Under the pieces are notes generated by a model. It was not told the origin of the DNA. It searched no databases and was given only the letters and a program-made list of their open reading frames with translations. From contig CAYVKB010000005.1 in the NCBI GenBank assembly GCA_964451985.1, positions 1 to 57,497 on the forward strand: a DNA stretch of 57,497 bases, written 5' to 3'. The DNA is from an uncultured Fimbriimonadales bacterium (lineage in GTDB: Bacteria > Armatimonadota > Fimbriimonadia > Fimbriimonadales > GBS-DC). Shown piece by piece: positions 47,210 to 55,150 of the stretch (positions are counted from its first letter, which is position 1; each line of letters starts with the position of its first letter). A program made the position numbers and the translations under genes.

Positions 47210-48641
47210 GCAGAACCTGCGTCGCCGCGCGGTGGAAGGCAGCGTCTATCTGACTATCCGCCGCCTAATCGGCATGGCACTGGCGCTGGCGGGCATGCTG
47301 CTGATTACGCGCATCGTCGGTCCCGAAAACTACGGGCTGTTCTCGGCGGTGGTTGGGTTGTATACTTATCTCTCGCTGATTGCGCAGCTGGGCGTGCGCG
47401 TGTATCTGATACGCAGCCAGTCGGACGCGCCGTTGACGCTGTTTCATCAGGCGTTCTGGGTATTACTGTTCTGGAGCCTCGCGCTGACGGGGCTGACTTT
47501 TGCCGGCTTGGCGGTTGCAGGAGCTATCTGGATACGCACAGAGGGCTTTATCCCAGTGGCGTATGCAGTATGCGCGGGTTTGCCGCTGGCGGCAATCGCG
47601 GTCGCGCCTCAGGCGTGGCTGGAGAAGAGACTCAATTACAAACGCCTTGCTGCGCTGGAGGTGGGCGCGCAGGTCAGCTCGTATGTGGTGGGCATTCCGC
47701 TGGCGCAACTGGGCTATGGCGTGTGGGCGCTGGTCGCCTCGTTTTGGGTGTCGCTGTTGGTGAGCGTGTTCGGGGCGTTTTGGGGCGCGCAATACCGCCC
47801 TCAGTGGTACTGGAACGGTGCGGAGCAACGCGAGATGTTGCGTTTCAGCCTCGCGCAAGCCACCGCCGACTGGCTGTATATGGCGAAGAATCTCACGCCT
47901 GCGTTTATCTTGCTGCCGTTGGGGGGTAAGGAGGCAGCGGGCTACTTCGCTTTAGCCAACCGCTTGCTGGAGATGTTGAACTTCGCGCAGACGGCTATCC
48001 GACGAGTGGCGCTGCCTGTGTACGCGCATGTACAAGCCGAGCCGGCGAAACTGCTGCGTGCTATCTACCTCTCCGCACTGGGGCAAATCTTGACACTGGG
48101 CGGAACCTGCCTGGTGTTTGTGCTGTTGGCGTGGTACCTGTTGCCGCCGCTGTTCGGCGCACAGTGGAATATTCCGACAGCCGTGCTTACACTCGCTATT
48201 TTGGCATCGGAGCAGCTTTTGAGTGCGGTGTTCGGGGCGCAGGCTCAGGCGTTATTTGCGGTGCGTCAACCGCAGGTGGTGGCGCGTGCAGCGGCACTGT
48301 TCGTGCCCCATCTGTATCTCGCGACTGCACTTGCCGTGTGGGTTGCCCCGACCAGCTGGAGCGCAATCGCTTACGCCCTTGCGTACTACTGGGCACACTT
48401 GCCCAATAACCTCTTGCTGCATCGGGGTGTGAAGCGGTACATCGGTCAGCCGCTTTACGGCGTCAGTATTCTGTGGGCGATGGCGCTTAGCATCGCGCTG
48501 TTCGCGCCCATAGCATACTACCTGCCGTTGATCGCCTTGAGCGTTTTTGCCTTGCCTGCCAGTCGACGTGCTTTACAAGAACTCATCGCCGAGCTGCGCG
48601 CCACCCGACACCCCCAATCAGGAGGTATGCTTAAGTCGTGA
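47199..48641 (+). CDS. Oligosaccharide flippase (Wzx/MOP superfamily polysaccharide biosynthesis protein)
   Basis: At least 12 hydrophobic helices. The N-terminus RRRAVEGSVYLTIRRLIGMALALAGMLLITRIVGPENYGLFSAV is typical of the family. ATG 47199 overlaps the fkbM-like gene end by 11 nt. Confidence 0.8.
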   Translation: MSGEQNLRRRAVEGSVYLTIRRLIGMALALAGMLLITRIVGPENYGLFSAVVGLYTYLSLIAQLGVRVYLIRSQSDAPLTLFHQAFWVLLFWSLALTGLTFAGLAVAGAIWIRTEGFIPVAYAVCAGLPLAAIAVAPQAWLEKRLNYKRLAALEVGAQVSSYVVGIPLAQLGYGVWALVASFWVSLLVSVFGAFWGAQYRPQWYWNGAEQREMLRFSLAQATADWLYMAKNLTPAFILLPLGGKEAAGYFALANRLLEMLNFAQTAIRRVALPVYAHVQAEPAKLLRAIYLSALGQILTLGGTCLVFVLLAWYLLPPLFGAQWNIPTAVLTLAILASEQLLSAVFGAQAQALFAVRQPQVVARAAALFVPHLYLATALAVWVAPTSWSAIAYALAYYWAHLPNNLLLHRGVKRYIGQPLYGVSILWAMALSIALFAPIAYYLPLIALSVFALPASRRALQELIAELRATRHPQSGGMLKS

Positions 48642-49678
48642 GCCAGCCTCTTATTAGCGTCATCATCAATAACTACAATTACGGTCGCTTTCTGACCGAT
48701 GCGATCGAAAGTGCGCTGGCGCAGACCTATCCGCACAAGGAGATAATCGTGGTGGACGATGGCTCGACTGACCACTCGCGCGAGGTTCTGTGCCAGTACG
48801 AGGGGCGCGTACAACTTGTTTTGAAAGAAAACGGTGGGCAGGCGTCGGCGTTCCACGCGGGCTTCGAGGCGGCGCAGGGCGAGGTGATTTGTTTTCTGGA
48901 TTCGGACGACTACTGGGCACCGCAGCTGCTGGAGCGGGTGGCGTCTGTGTGGCGTGAGGGATTGGCGTTCGTGGAGTGGCGCATGGAGTGCGTCGATGCG
49001 CAGGGCAAGCTGCTGGGCAGGCGTTTGCCCACCCGTGAGCCGATACGGGGCGATTTACGTCCGCGTCTGTTGCGCGTCACCTCCTATCCTTGGACGCCAA
49101 CCAGCGGGAACGCATTTTCGCGTCGCGCCGTGGCGGCGATTTTTCCGCTGGATGAGGTGCTATGGCGGATTAGCGCAGACTTGCCGTTAATGCTGGCTGC
49201 GCCGTTCTATGGCGAACTGGAGTTTATCGGTGAGCCACTGGCATACTATCGGCTGCACGGCTCGAACCTGTTTCATGGCATGCCGATGGACTGGGCGCGG
49301 CTGGAGCGCGAAGTGCGACAGGGCTTAGCCCGTGAGCACATTATTCGCACGCACGCCCTGCGGCAGGGTCTCAAGCCCCACCCGCGACTGGGCTATTCAC
49401 TGCCCGTGCTGAATCTCTATCGGCTGATGCTGCTGCTTGCGGGGCGCGCTATTCCTGAGATGCAGCACGACACGCGCCTGAAATTAGCCCTCTGGGGCAC
49501 GGAAGCCGTGCTGAAAACCGATACACCCTGGACATGGCGCGAGCGATGGGGCTATATCCGCCCGCTGTGGGTATCGCTAGTCGCTCCCCACAAAGCACTG
49601 GAACTGGCAGCACGCTGGATTTTCTGGAATGCCAGTGGGGAAGAGATGCATAAGTTCCTGAGCGAAGTACACCATTAG
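48638..49678 (+). CDS. Glycosyltransferase family 2
   Basis: ISVIINNYNYGRFLTDAIESALAQT, IIVVDDGSTDHS, FLDSDDYW. The GTGA start/stop overlaps the flippase gene. Confidence 0.85.
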   Translation: MSQPLISVIINNYNYGRFLTDAIESALAQTYPHKEIIVVDDGSTDHSREVLCQYEGRVQLVLKENGGQASAFHAGFEAAQGEVICFLDSDDYWAPQLLERVASVWREGLAFVEWRMECVDAQGKLLGRRLPTREPIRGDLRPRLLRVTSYPWTPTSGNAFSRRAVAAIFPLDEVLWRISADLPLMLAAPFYGELEFIGEPLAYYRLHGSNLFHGMPMDWARLEREVRQGLAREHIIRTHALRQGLKPHPRLGYSLPVLNLYRLMLLLAGRAIPEMQHDTRLKLALWGTEAVLKTDTPWTWRERWGYIRPLWVSLVAPHKALELAARWIFWNASGEEMHKFLSEVHH

Positions 49679-50631
49679 CGCGAGGGCAGCGACTCGCGCC
49701 ACGGGTCAATCATCTTTTCACGAGCGAACAATCGGCGATACACCGCTGCAGGTACACTCAGCAGCAACCAGCCCACCACGCCAGGTGACTGGCGAAACAG
49801 ACGCCACGCCTGCCGGATCTGCCCGCGCTTGACCGCCTGTGCAAATGCAGGATATAAAGCCAGTGTCGACACGCGCCTGAAAGCACGCTCCAACAATGCG
49901 CGCTGGCGCGGCGTGGTCTCAGGCAAACTGAGCAAGTAATCTATCGACTTGCGGTTCTCAGTAATCGGGTCGTAGCGAGTCGTGACCGTGTTGGGATGCA
50001 AGCGATAGTAGTACATCGGTTCGGGCAGCAGGACGAACCGCGCGCCCTTCAGCAGTACCTCCATATAGAAAGCATAGTCTTGCGACTTGCGAATATGCTC
50101 AGGGTAGCGAATGCCCTTGCTGCGCAGGAACTCGGCGCGAATCAGCGGCTTGATGGATGGATGCGCCTTGATAACCTCGTCCACTGTGTACGAGCGGGGC
50201 TGTTTCGGCGGCTTTGCATGGTTTGCCCACGCCACCATGTACACACTCCCCCACTCGGTATAGTAAACCTGCAAATCGGCGACCATGTCCGCCCCCATCC
50301 GCTCTGCGAAGGCGACCAGCGTCTCAAGCCGCTCGGGGGCGTACCAGTCGTCAGCGTCTAAGATGGCAATCCACTCGCCCTGCGCAGCATCTAAGGCGCG
50401 ATTGCGCGTGTAGCCCGCGCCCCTGTTGTGTTCATTCCGCAGGTACCGGATTCGCGGGTCATTGAGATACTTCTCCACGACGGGGGTAGTCTCGTCGGCG
50501 GAGGCGTCATCCACGATAATCATCTCCCAGTCCTTCAGCGTCTGCGCCTGCACGGACTCGATACACTGCCCGATGTAGGGCGCGACATTATACGCAGGCG
50601 TAATGACCGACACCTTCGGCTGCGTGGACAT
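49675..50631 (-). CDS. Glycosyltransferase family 2 (close paralogue of 43290-44237)
   Basis: VSVITPAYNVAPYIGQCIESVQAQT, MIIVDDASADET, AILDADDWY. Start set to ATG 50631 (MSTQPK...), 7 nt after the cGGTATAAT box. Confidence 0.88.
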   Translation of the reverse strand: MSTQPKVSVITPAYNVAPYIGQCIESVQAQTLKDWEMIIVDDASADETTPVVEKYLNDPRIRYLRNEHNRGAGYTRNRALDAAQGEWIAILDADDWYAPERLETLVAFAERMGADMVADLQVYYTEWGSVYMVAWANHAKPPKQPRSYTVDEVIKAHPSIKPLIRAEFLRSKGIRYPEHIRKSQDYAFYMEVLLKGARFVLLPEPMYYYRLHPNTVTTRYDPITENRKSIDYLLSLPETTPRQRALLERAFRRVSTLALYPAFAQAVKRGQIRQAWRLFRQSPGVVGWLLLSVPAAVYRRLFAREKMIDPWRESLPSR

Positions 50632-50638
50632 CAGGGGC

Positions 50639-50644
50639 ATTATA
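50639..50644 (-). promoter_or_regulatory. -10 box (cGGTATAAT), 7 nt upstream of ATG 50631 (leaderless)
   Basis: The minus strand reads acggTATAATgcccctgATG. The track's ATG 50640 lies inside the hexamer. Confidence 0.45.
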
Positions 50645-50687
50645 CCGTATTAGGTTGGCTTCCTCACGGCACATCCCCTTCCAGCGG

Positions 50688-50693
50688 TATAAT
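50688..50693 (+). promoter_or_regulatory. -10 box (cGGTATAAT) for the GT2 gene at 50713 (19-nt leader)
   Basis: The sequence reads gcggTATAATatctttaggtcaggggtttATG. Confidence 0.45.
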
Positions 50694-50712
50694 ATCTTTA
50701 GGTCAGGGGTTT

Positions 50713-51402
50713 ATGCCGAACGAACCGCTGGTGAGCGTGATTGTGCCCGTGTACAACGAGGAAGCGACGTTGGAGGAGTTGCTGAACCGCCTGCGACGCG
50801 CGCCCTTCCGTAAAGAAATCATCGTAGTGGACGACGGCTCTAAAGACAAAACCCCCGAAATCCTCGCTGAGCAAGCCGACATTATCGCCGTTCGCCACGA
50901 ACGCAACCGCGGCAAAGGCGCCGCCATCCGCACTGCCATCCAGCACGCTACAGGCGACATAGTTATCATTCAAGACGCCGACCTGGAATACGACCCTGAC
51001 GAAATTCCCCGCGTGATTGAACCGATCGTTAGGGGCGAAGCCAGCGTTGTGTACGGCTCGCGCTTTTTCAAAGGGCTGCCCAAAGACATGCCATTCCCCA
51101 ACAAAATCGCCAACGTACTGCTGGCGTGGGCAGTGCGAATCCTGTTTTGGTATCCCCTCACCGACGAAGCCACCTGCTACAAAGCCTTCCGCGCCGATTT
51201 GCTGAAGTCTATGAATCTACGATGCGAACGCTTCGAGTTCTGCCCCGAGGTCACCGCCAAAGCCCTCAAACGCGGCGTCAAAATCCGCGAAGTGGAGCTG
51301 CACAACTACCGCCCCCGCACCAAACACAAAGGCAAAAAAGTGCGCTGGACGGACGGCGTGGAAGCGATTTGGACGCTGCTCAAGTACCGACTGCGCGACT
51401 GA
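50713..51402 (+). CDS. Glycosyltransferase family 2, polyprenol-phosphate hexosyltransferase (DPM1/GtrB)-like
   Basis: VSVIVPVYNEEATLEELL, IIVVDDGSKDKT, VIIQDADLEYDP. 229 aa with no TM segment. Confidence 0.85.
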   Translation: MPNEPLVSVIVPVYNEEATLEELLNRLRRAPFRKEIIVVDDGSKDKTPEILAEQADIIAVRHERNRGKGAAIRTAIQHATGDIVIIQDADLEYDPDEIPRVIEPIVRGEASVVYGSRFFKGLPKDMPFPNKIANVLLAWAVRILFWYPLTDEATCYKAFRADLLKSMNLRCERFEFCPEVTAKALKRGVKIREVELHNYRPRTKHKGKKVRWTDGVEAIWTLLKYRLRD

Positions 51403-51411
51403 GATGTACGG

Positions 51412-51417
51412 TATAAT
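51412..51417 (+). promoter_or_regulatory. -10 box (cGGTATAAT), 9 nt upstream of ATG 51427 (leaderless)
   Basis: The sequence reads acggTATAATccgtttggcATG. Confidence 0.5.
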
Positions 51418-51426
51418 CCGTTTGGC

Positions 51427-52536
51427 ATGGACAAAGTACTGATTACGGGCGGCGCGGGGTTTCTGGGCTATCACCTCGCGCATCACTTCGCCAATAAGGG
51501 AGCGAAAATCGCCCTGCTGGATATTGCGTCCTACGAAGAGAGTGAATATCCCGCAGGCACAGAGTTTTACACGGGCGATGTGCGCAACCGCGAGCAGGTG
51601 CGCACTGCCTTAGAAAGGGCACAGCCTCGATGGGTGATTCACGGCGCCGCCGCGCTGCCCCTGTGGAAACGCGAGGACATCTTCAGCGTGAACGTCGAGG
51701 GCACGCGCATCGTGCTAGAAGAATCGTTCCGCGCGGGCGTGGAGCGCGTGGCGCATGTCTCCTCCACTGCTGTCTACGGTGTGCCCATCAAACACCCCAT
51801 CGAGGAAACCGACCCGATGATTGGCGTCGGTCCCTATGGCGAAAGTAAGATTCAAGCGGAGCGCGTGTGCGAAGAGTTTCGGCAAAAAGGACATATTGTG
51901 CCCATCATCCGCCCTAAAACGTTCATCGGGCAGGCACGGCTGGGCGTGTTCCAGATTCTGTACGACTGGGTGGAGTCAGGCGCGCGCATCCCGATGATTG
52001 GCAGCGGGCGCAACCGCTACCAACTGCTGGAAGTCACCGACCTCGCCGAAGCCTACTGGCTGGTCTGCACCGCCCCCGCCGATAAAGCCAACGATACCTT
52101 CAACATCGGCGCGGAACGCTTCCAAACCGTGCGCGAGGACATTCAGGCACTGTGTGACTTCGCGGGTTCGGGTGCACGCCCGATGGGCACCCCTGCAGGC
52201 ATGGTCAAGTTCATCCTGCGCATTCTGGAAGCCATCAAACTTTCGCCCCTATACAAATGGGTCTACGAAACCGCCGACAAAGATTCTTTTGTCTCTGTTG
52301 CCAAAGCTAAGGAAAAACTGGGTTGGGGCGCACGCTACAGCAACGCCGACGCACTGATTCGCTCTTACCAGTGGTATCTGGAACACGCTTCGGGATTGGA
52401 GGTGGGCGTAGGCGTCACCCACCGCGTCGCGTGGGAGCAGGGCGCGCTGAAGGTGTTCAAGCGGGTGCTGGGAGGGAGAAAAAGGAAAGTCAAGGATGGG
52501 GCCTGCCTCTATCGGTGCAAAGAGCCGCTTGAATAG
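51427..52536 (+). CDS. NAD-dependent epimerase/dehydratase (extended SDR)
   Basis: VLITGGAGFLGYHL (GxxGxxG) and PYGESKIQAE (YxxxK). Confidence 0.88.
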   Translation: MDKVLITGGAGFLGYHLAHHFANKGAKIALLDIASYEESEYPAGTEFYTGDVRNREQVRTALERAQPRWVIHGAAALPLWKREDIFSVNVEGTRIVLEESFRAGVERVAHVSSTAVYGVPIKHPIEETDPMIGVGPYGESKIQAERVCEEFRQKGHIVPIIRPKTFIGQARLGVFQILYDWVESGARIPMIGSGRNRYQLLEVTDLAEAYWLVCTAPADKANDTFNIGAERFQTVREDIQALCDFAGSGARPMGTPAGMVKFILRILEAIKLSPLYKWVYETADKDSFVSVAKAKEKLGWGARYSNADALIRSYQWYLEHASGLEVGVGVTHRVAWEQGALKVFKRVLGGRKRKVKDGACLYRCKEPLE

Positions 52537-52726
52537 CTCCCCGCGCTTTTGGCGCGCCTTCTGAGATGCCCAGAGCGCCCGGGAGCGCAGAGCTTTCTTC
52601 ATAGAACAATTTTACTCGAAAGATTGTGGTATCATATCCGTGCTCGTCAGGATCGTTCTCTAAAAGCCTACGCCCCGCCCGTAAACTAATCTGCAAGAAG
52701 GCGGTAAGTGTGGTACAATACCCGTG

Positions 52727-52876
52727 ATGGACCAAGTCCTGCAGAACTACCGCACAGGAGAGGTGAAGGTAGACGAAGTGCCTGCGCCCGCGTTTGGGCG
52801 ACCGAGTAGCTTGCGCTGGTGCGGAACACGCCCATCACGCCGAAATCGTGTGCGTCAGGCAAAACGCCCTATGTGA
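52727..52876 (+). pseudogene. 49-codon remnant resembling the N-terminus of a Zn-dependent/bi-domain oxidoreductase
   Basis: MDQVLQNYRTGEVKVDEVPAP... matches my recollection of the MKQ(V/L)LQNxxTGExxVxEVPxP N-termini of bi-domain dehydrogenases found in polysaccharide loci. It then degenerates and stops. It is preceded by tGGTACAAT (52712-52719). Confidence 0.25.
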
Positions 52877-52892
52877 TACGGGGTTTTAGACT

Positions 52893-54035
52893 ATGAATAA
52901 TCGCGTTCGGGTATTGTTAGTTGGTCCATCGCCGGACATAAAAGGCGGTATCTCGAGTGTGATACGCCTCATGCTGATGCATACGCCCAGCAATCTCCTT
53001 TTTCGTGTCCTTGCCACCACGCTTCCGCATAACTCGCTATCCTCAGTGAAACACCTGAAGCGCAACCCCATCAGGTACTACGCAGTGGGTATGCGGGGGC
53101 TAATCTATTTTGTAAGGTGCCTGTCACAGGTCGGGGCGATTGTCCGTTCAGAAGGAATCGACCTTGCTCATGTGCATTTCTCTTCGCGGGGCAGCACCTT
53201 TCGTAAGTATTTTATCACGCGTGCGCTGAGTAAGCAGAGAACACCTTATGTGCTTCACGCACACGGCGGCAAATATCATGAGTTCTATCAGCGTGCGCCC
53301 GCTCTTGTCAAGATGCGCATCGATTGGATGCTGCGCAGTGCCGACGGGCTGATTGTGCTGTCCGAGCATTGGCGCGAATTCTACAAGCGGCTAATGGGCA
53401 GTTGCACGCGCCCTCTCTGGGTCATGCCCAACCCGGTGGAGCTACCTGAACACTGGCAGCCTATTCTGTCCGAGACGCTGCACCTGCTGTTTCTGGGCAG
53501 GATGGGCGAGCATAAGGGAGTCGACCGTGTTCTACAGGCAGTCGTTCGCCTACCCCAATCGCTGCGCGAGCGCGTGCGCCTTTCTATGGCGGGCGATGGC
53601 GACGTGGATGCCGTGCGTCGCCTCGCAGCCGAACTGGGACTGCAAACGCAGGTTGACATCCGCAATTGGATTGTAGGCGAAGAGAAGGAACGCTGGCTGC
53701 GCGAGACGAATGCCTTCATCCTACCCTCCCGTGCGGAGGGGCTGCCGATGGCGATGCTGGAAGCGATGGCGTATGGCAAAGCACTGATTGTCAGCCCCGT
53801 GGGAGGCATTCCGGAGTTCGTGTCCGACGGGCAGGAGGGCTTCTTGGTACCCCCCGACGATATTGAAGCGATTAGCCAAGCGATTGCGAGGCTTGCAGAA
53901 AACCCCGAACTACGGGCGCAGATGGGGCGCGCTGCACGTGCACGCGTGGAATCGCTGGATGTGAACAGCTACATGGGGCGGATGGCTGAAATCTATCACG
54001 AAGTTCTGGCAACTGTGCCCAATCGCTCCAAGTAG
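52893..54035 (+). CDS. Glycosyltransferase family 4 (GT-B, Glycos_transf_1)
   Basis: RVLLVGPSPDIKGGISSV and PSRAEGLPMAMLEAMAYGKALIVSPVGGIPEFV (E-x7-E). Confidence 0.85.
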   Translation: MNNRVRVLLVGPSPDIKGGISSVIRLMLMHTPSNLLFRVLATTLPHNSLSSVKHLKRNPIRYYAVGMRGLIYFVRCLSQVGAIVRSEGIDLAHVHFSSRGSTFRKYFITRALSKQRTPYVLHAHGGKYHEFYQRAPALVKMRIDWMLRSADGLIVLSEHWREFYKRLMGSCTRPLWVMPNPVELPEHWQPILSETLHLLFLGRMGEHKGVDRVLQAVVRLPQSLRERVRLSMAGDGDVDAVRRLAAELGLQTQVDIRNWIVGEEKERWLRETNAFILPSRAEGLPMAMLEAMAYGKALIVSPVGGIPEFVSDGQEGFLVPPDDIEAISQAIARLAENPELRAQMGRAARARVESLDVNSYMGRMAEIYHEVLATVPNRSK

Positions 54036-55150
54036 AACCGTTCGTACGCCTGCACCATCACGGCGATGTCGAAGTGTGCGCGGGCATACTCCCGCGCGGC
54101 TTGCCCCAGTTGCTGGCGCAGTGCCGCATCAACGGTCAGACGCTGCAGCGCATCAGCGAGTGCCGTTTCGTCTTCCAGGGGAACTAATAACCCTGTGTAG
54201 CCGTGCTGAATCAGCTCGGGCACACCGCCGACCGCCGTACACACGGGGGGCAGCCCCGCCGCCATCGCCTCCATCACTGAGAGCGGGTTGCCCTCGTAGT
54301 GCGAGGATAACACAAAGATATCCGCTGCGTTCAAGATAGCGGGTACATCGCTCCGCCCACCCAGAAAATGCACGCGCTCAGCGAGACCAAGCGCGTCGGT
54401 GAGCCTCTGCAACGACTCGGCGTGAGCTAGGTTTGTGGGGTCAGGCGCGCCTACCAGCAACAATCGCGTGTTCGCCGCCGTCTCGCCCAACCGTGCATAC
54501 GCGCGCAGCAGTAAAGAGTGATTCTTGGATGTACGCAGCCCTGCCACACATACTATCAAAACTGCATCCGGCGGAATCCCCTCCTGTCTACGCCACTCAA
54601 GGCGCGTCGCCGGGTCTTCGGCATAACGCACGGTGGGGATACTGTTCGGGATAAGTGCAGCAGGCTCGCGCTTATACTCCTCCCGAAAAGTACGCGATAC
54701 CTCCTGCGCAATAGAAAGGGGCAGTACACCGAACCGATACGCCCAGCTTTGAAACCGCCGCCAAGCATGCGAGCGAATCTCTCCCTGTGCAACGTTATGA
54801 ACCGTATGCACGATGAGCTTGGGGCGCGCGAACAAGCATGCAGGGTATACATACCGCCCCACTGACTGATGCGTATGCACGATGTCGGGTTTCAACTGGC
54901 GCATCAGACGTATCAGGCGCGGATAGGTGCGCGCGTCGAAGCCTTTCTGTTTACAAGCCGAGTGTACACATACTCTGTGTTGAGCTAAATACGCTTCCAG
55001 CGGCGATTGGCAGGGCGGGTGCAGACTAATCAGGTGCGAGTCGAACCGTTCGGGATCAAGGTGGGCGGCGAGGTAGGTCGCCATCCATTCCGCGCCGCCC
55101 ATGTTAAGCGCAGGAATCACCTGCGCCACGCGGATGCGTCCGTTCTTCAT
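53996..55150 (-). CDS. Glycosyltransferase family 4 (GT-B, Glycos_transf_1)
   Basis: IRVAQVIPALNMGGAE and SSHYEGNPLSVMEAMAAGLPPVCTAVGGVPELI. The ATG at 55150 overlaps the upstream stop (ATGA). Confidence 0.85.
   Translation of the reverse strand: MKNGRIRVAQVIPALNMGGAEWMATYLAAHLDPERFDSHLISLHPPCQSPLEAYLAQHRVCVHSACKQKGFDARTYPRLIRLMRQLKPDIVHTHQSVGRYVYPACLFARPKLIVHTVHNVAQGEIRSHAWRRFQSWAYRFGVLPLSIAQEVSRTFREEYKREPAALIPNSIPTVRYAEDPATRLEWRRQEGIPPDAVLIVCVAGLRTSKNHSLLLRAYARLGETAANTRLLLVGAPDPTNLAHAESLQRLTDALGLAERVHFLGGRSDVPAILNAADIFVLSSHYEGNPLSVMEAMAAGLPPVCTAVGGVPELIQHGYTGLLVPLEDETALADALQRLTVDAALRQQLGQAAREYARAHFDIAVMVQAYERFYLERLGTVARTS

Noticed and set aside
52249-52602. 117-aa minus-strand ORF overlapping the epimerase 3' end.
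   Set aside because: Only the first roughly 25 residues lie in intergenic DNA. The rest is antisense to a well-supported SDR gene. It is treated as a possible gene stub within the recombination-scar finding, not as a CDS.
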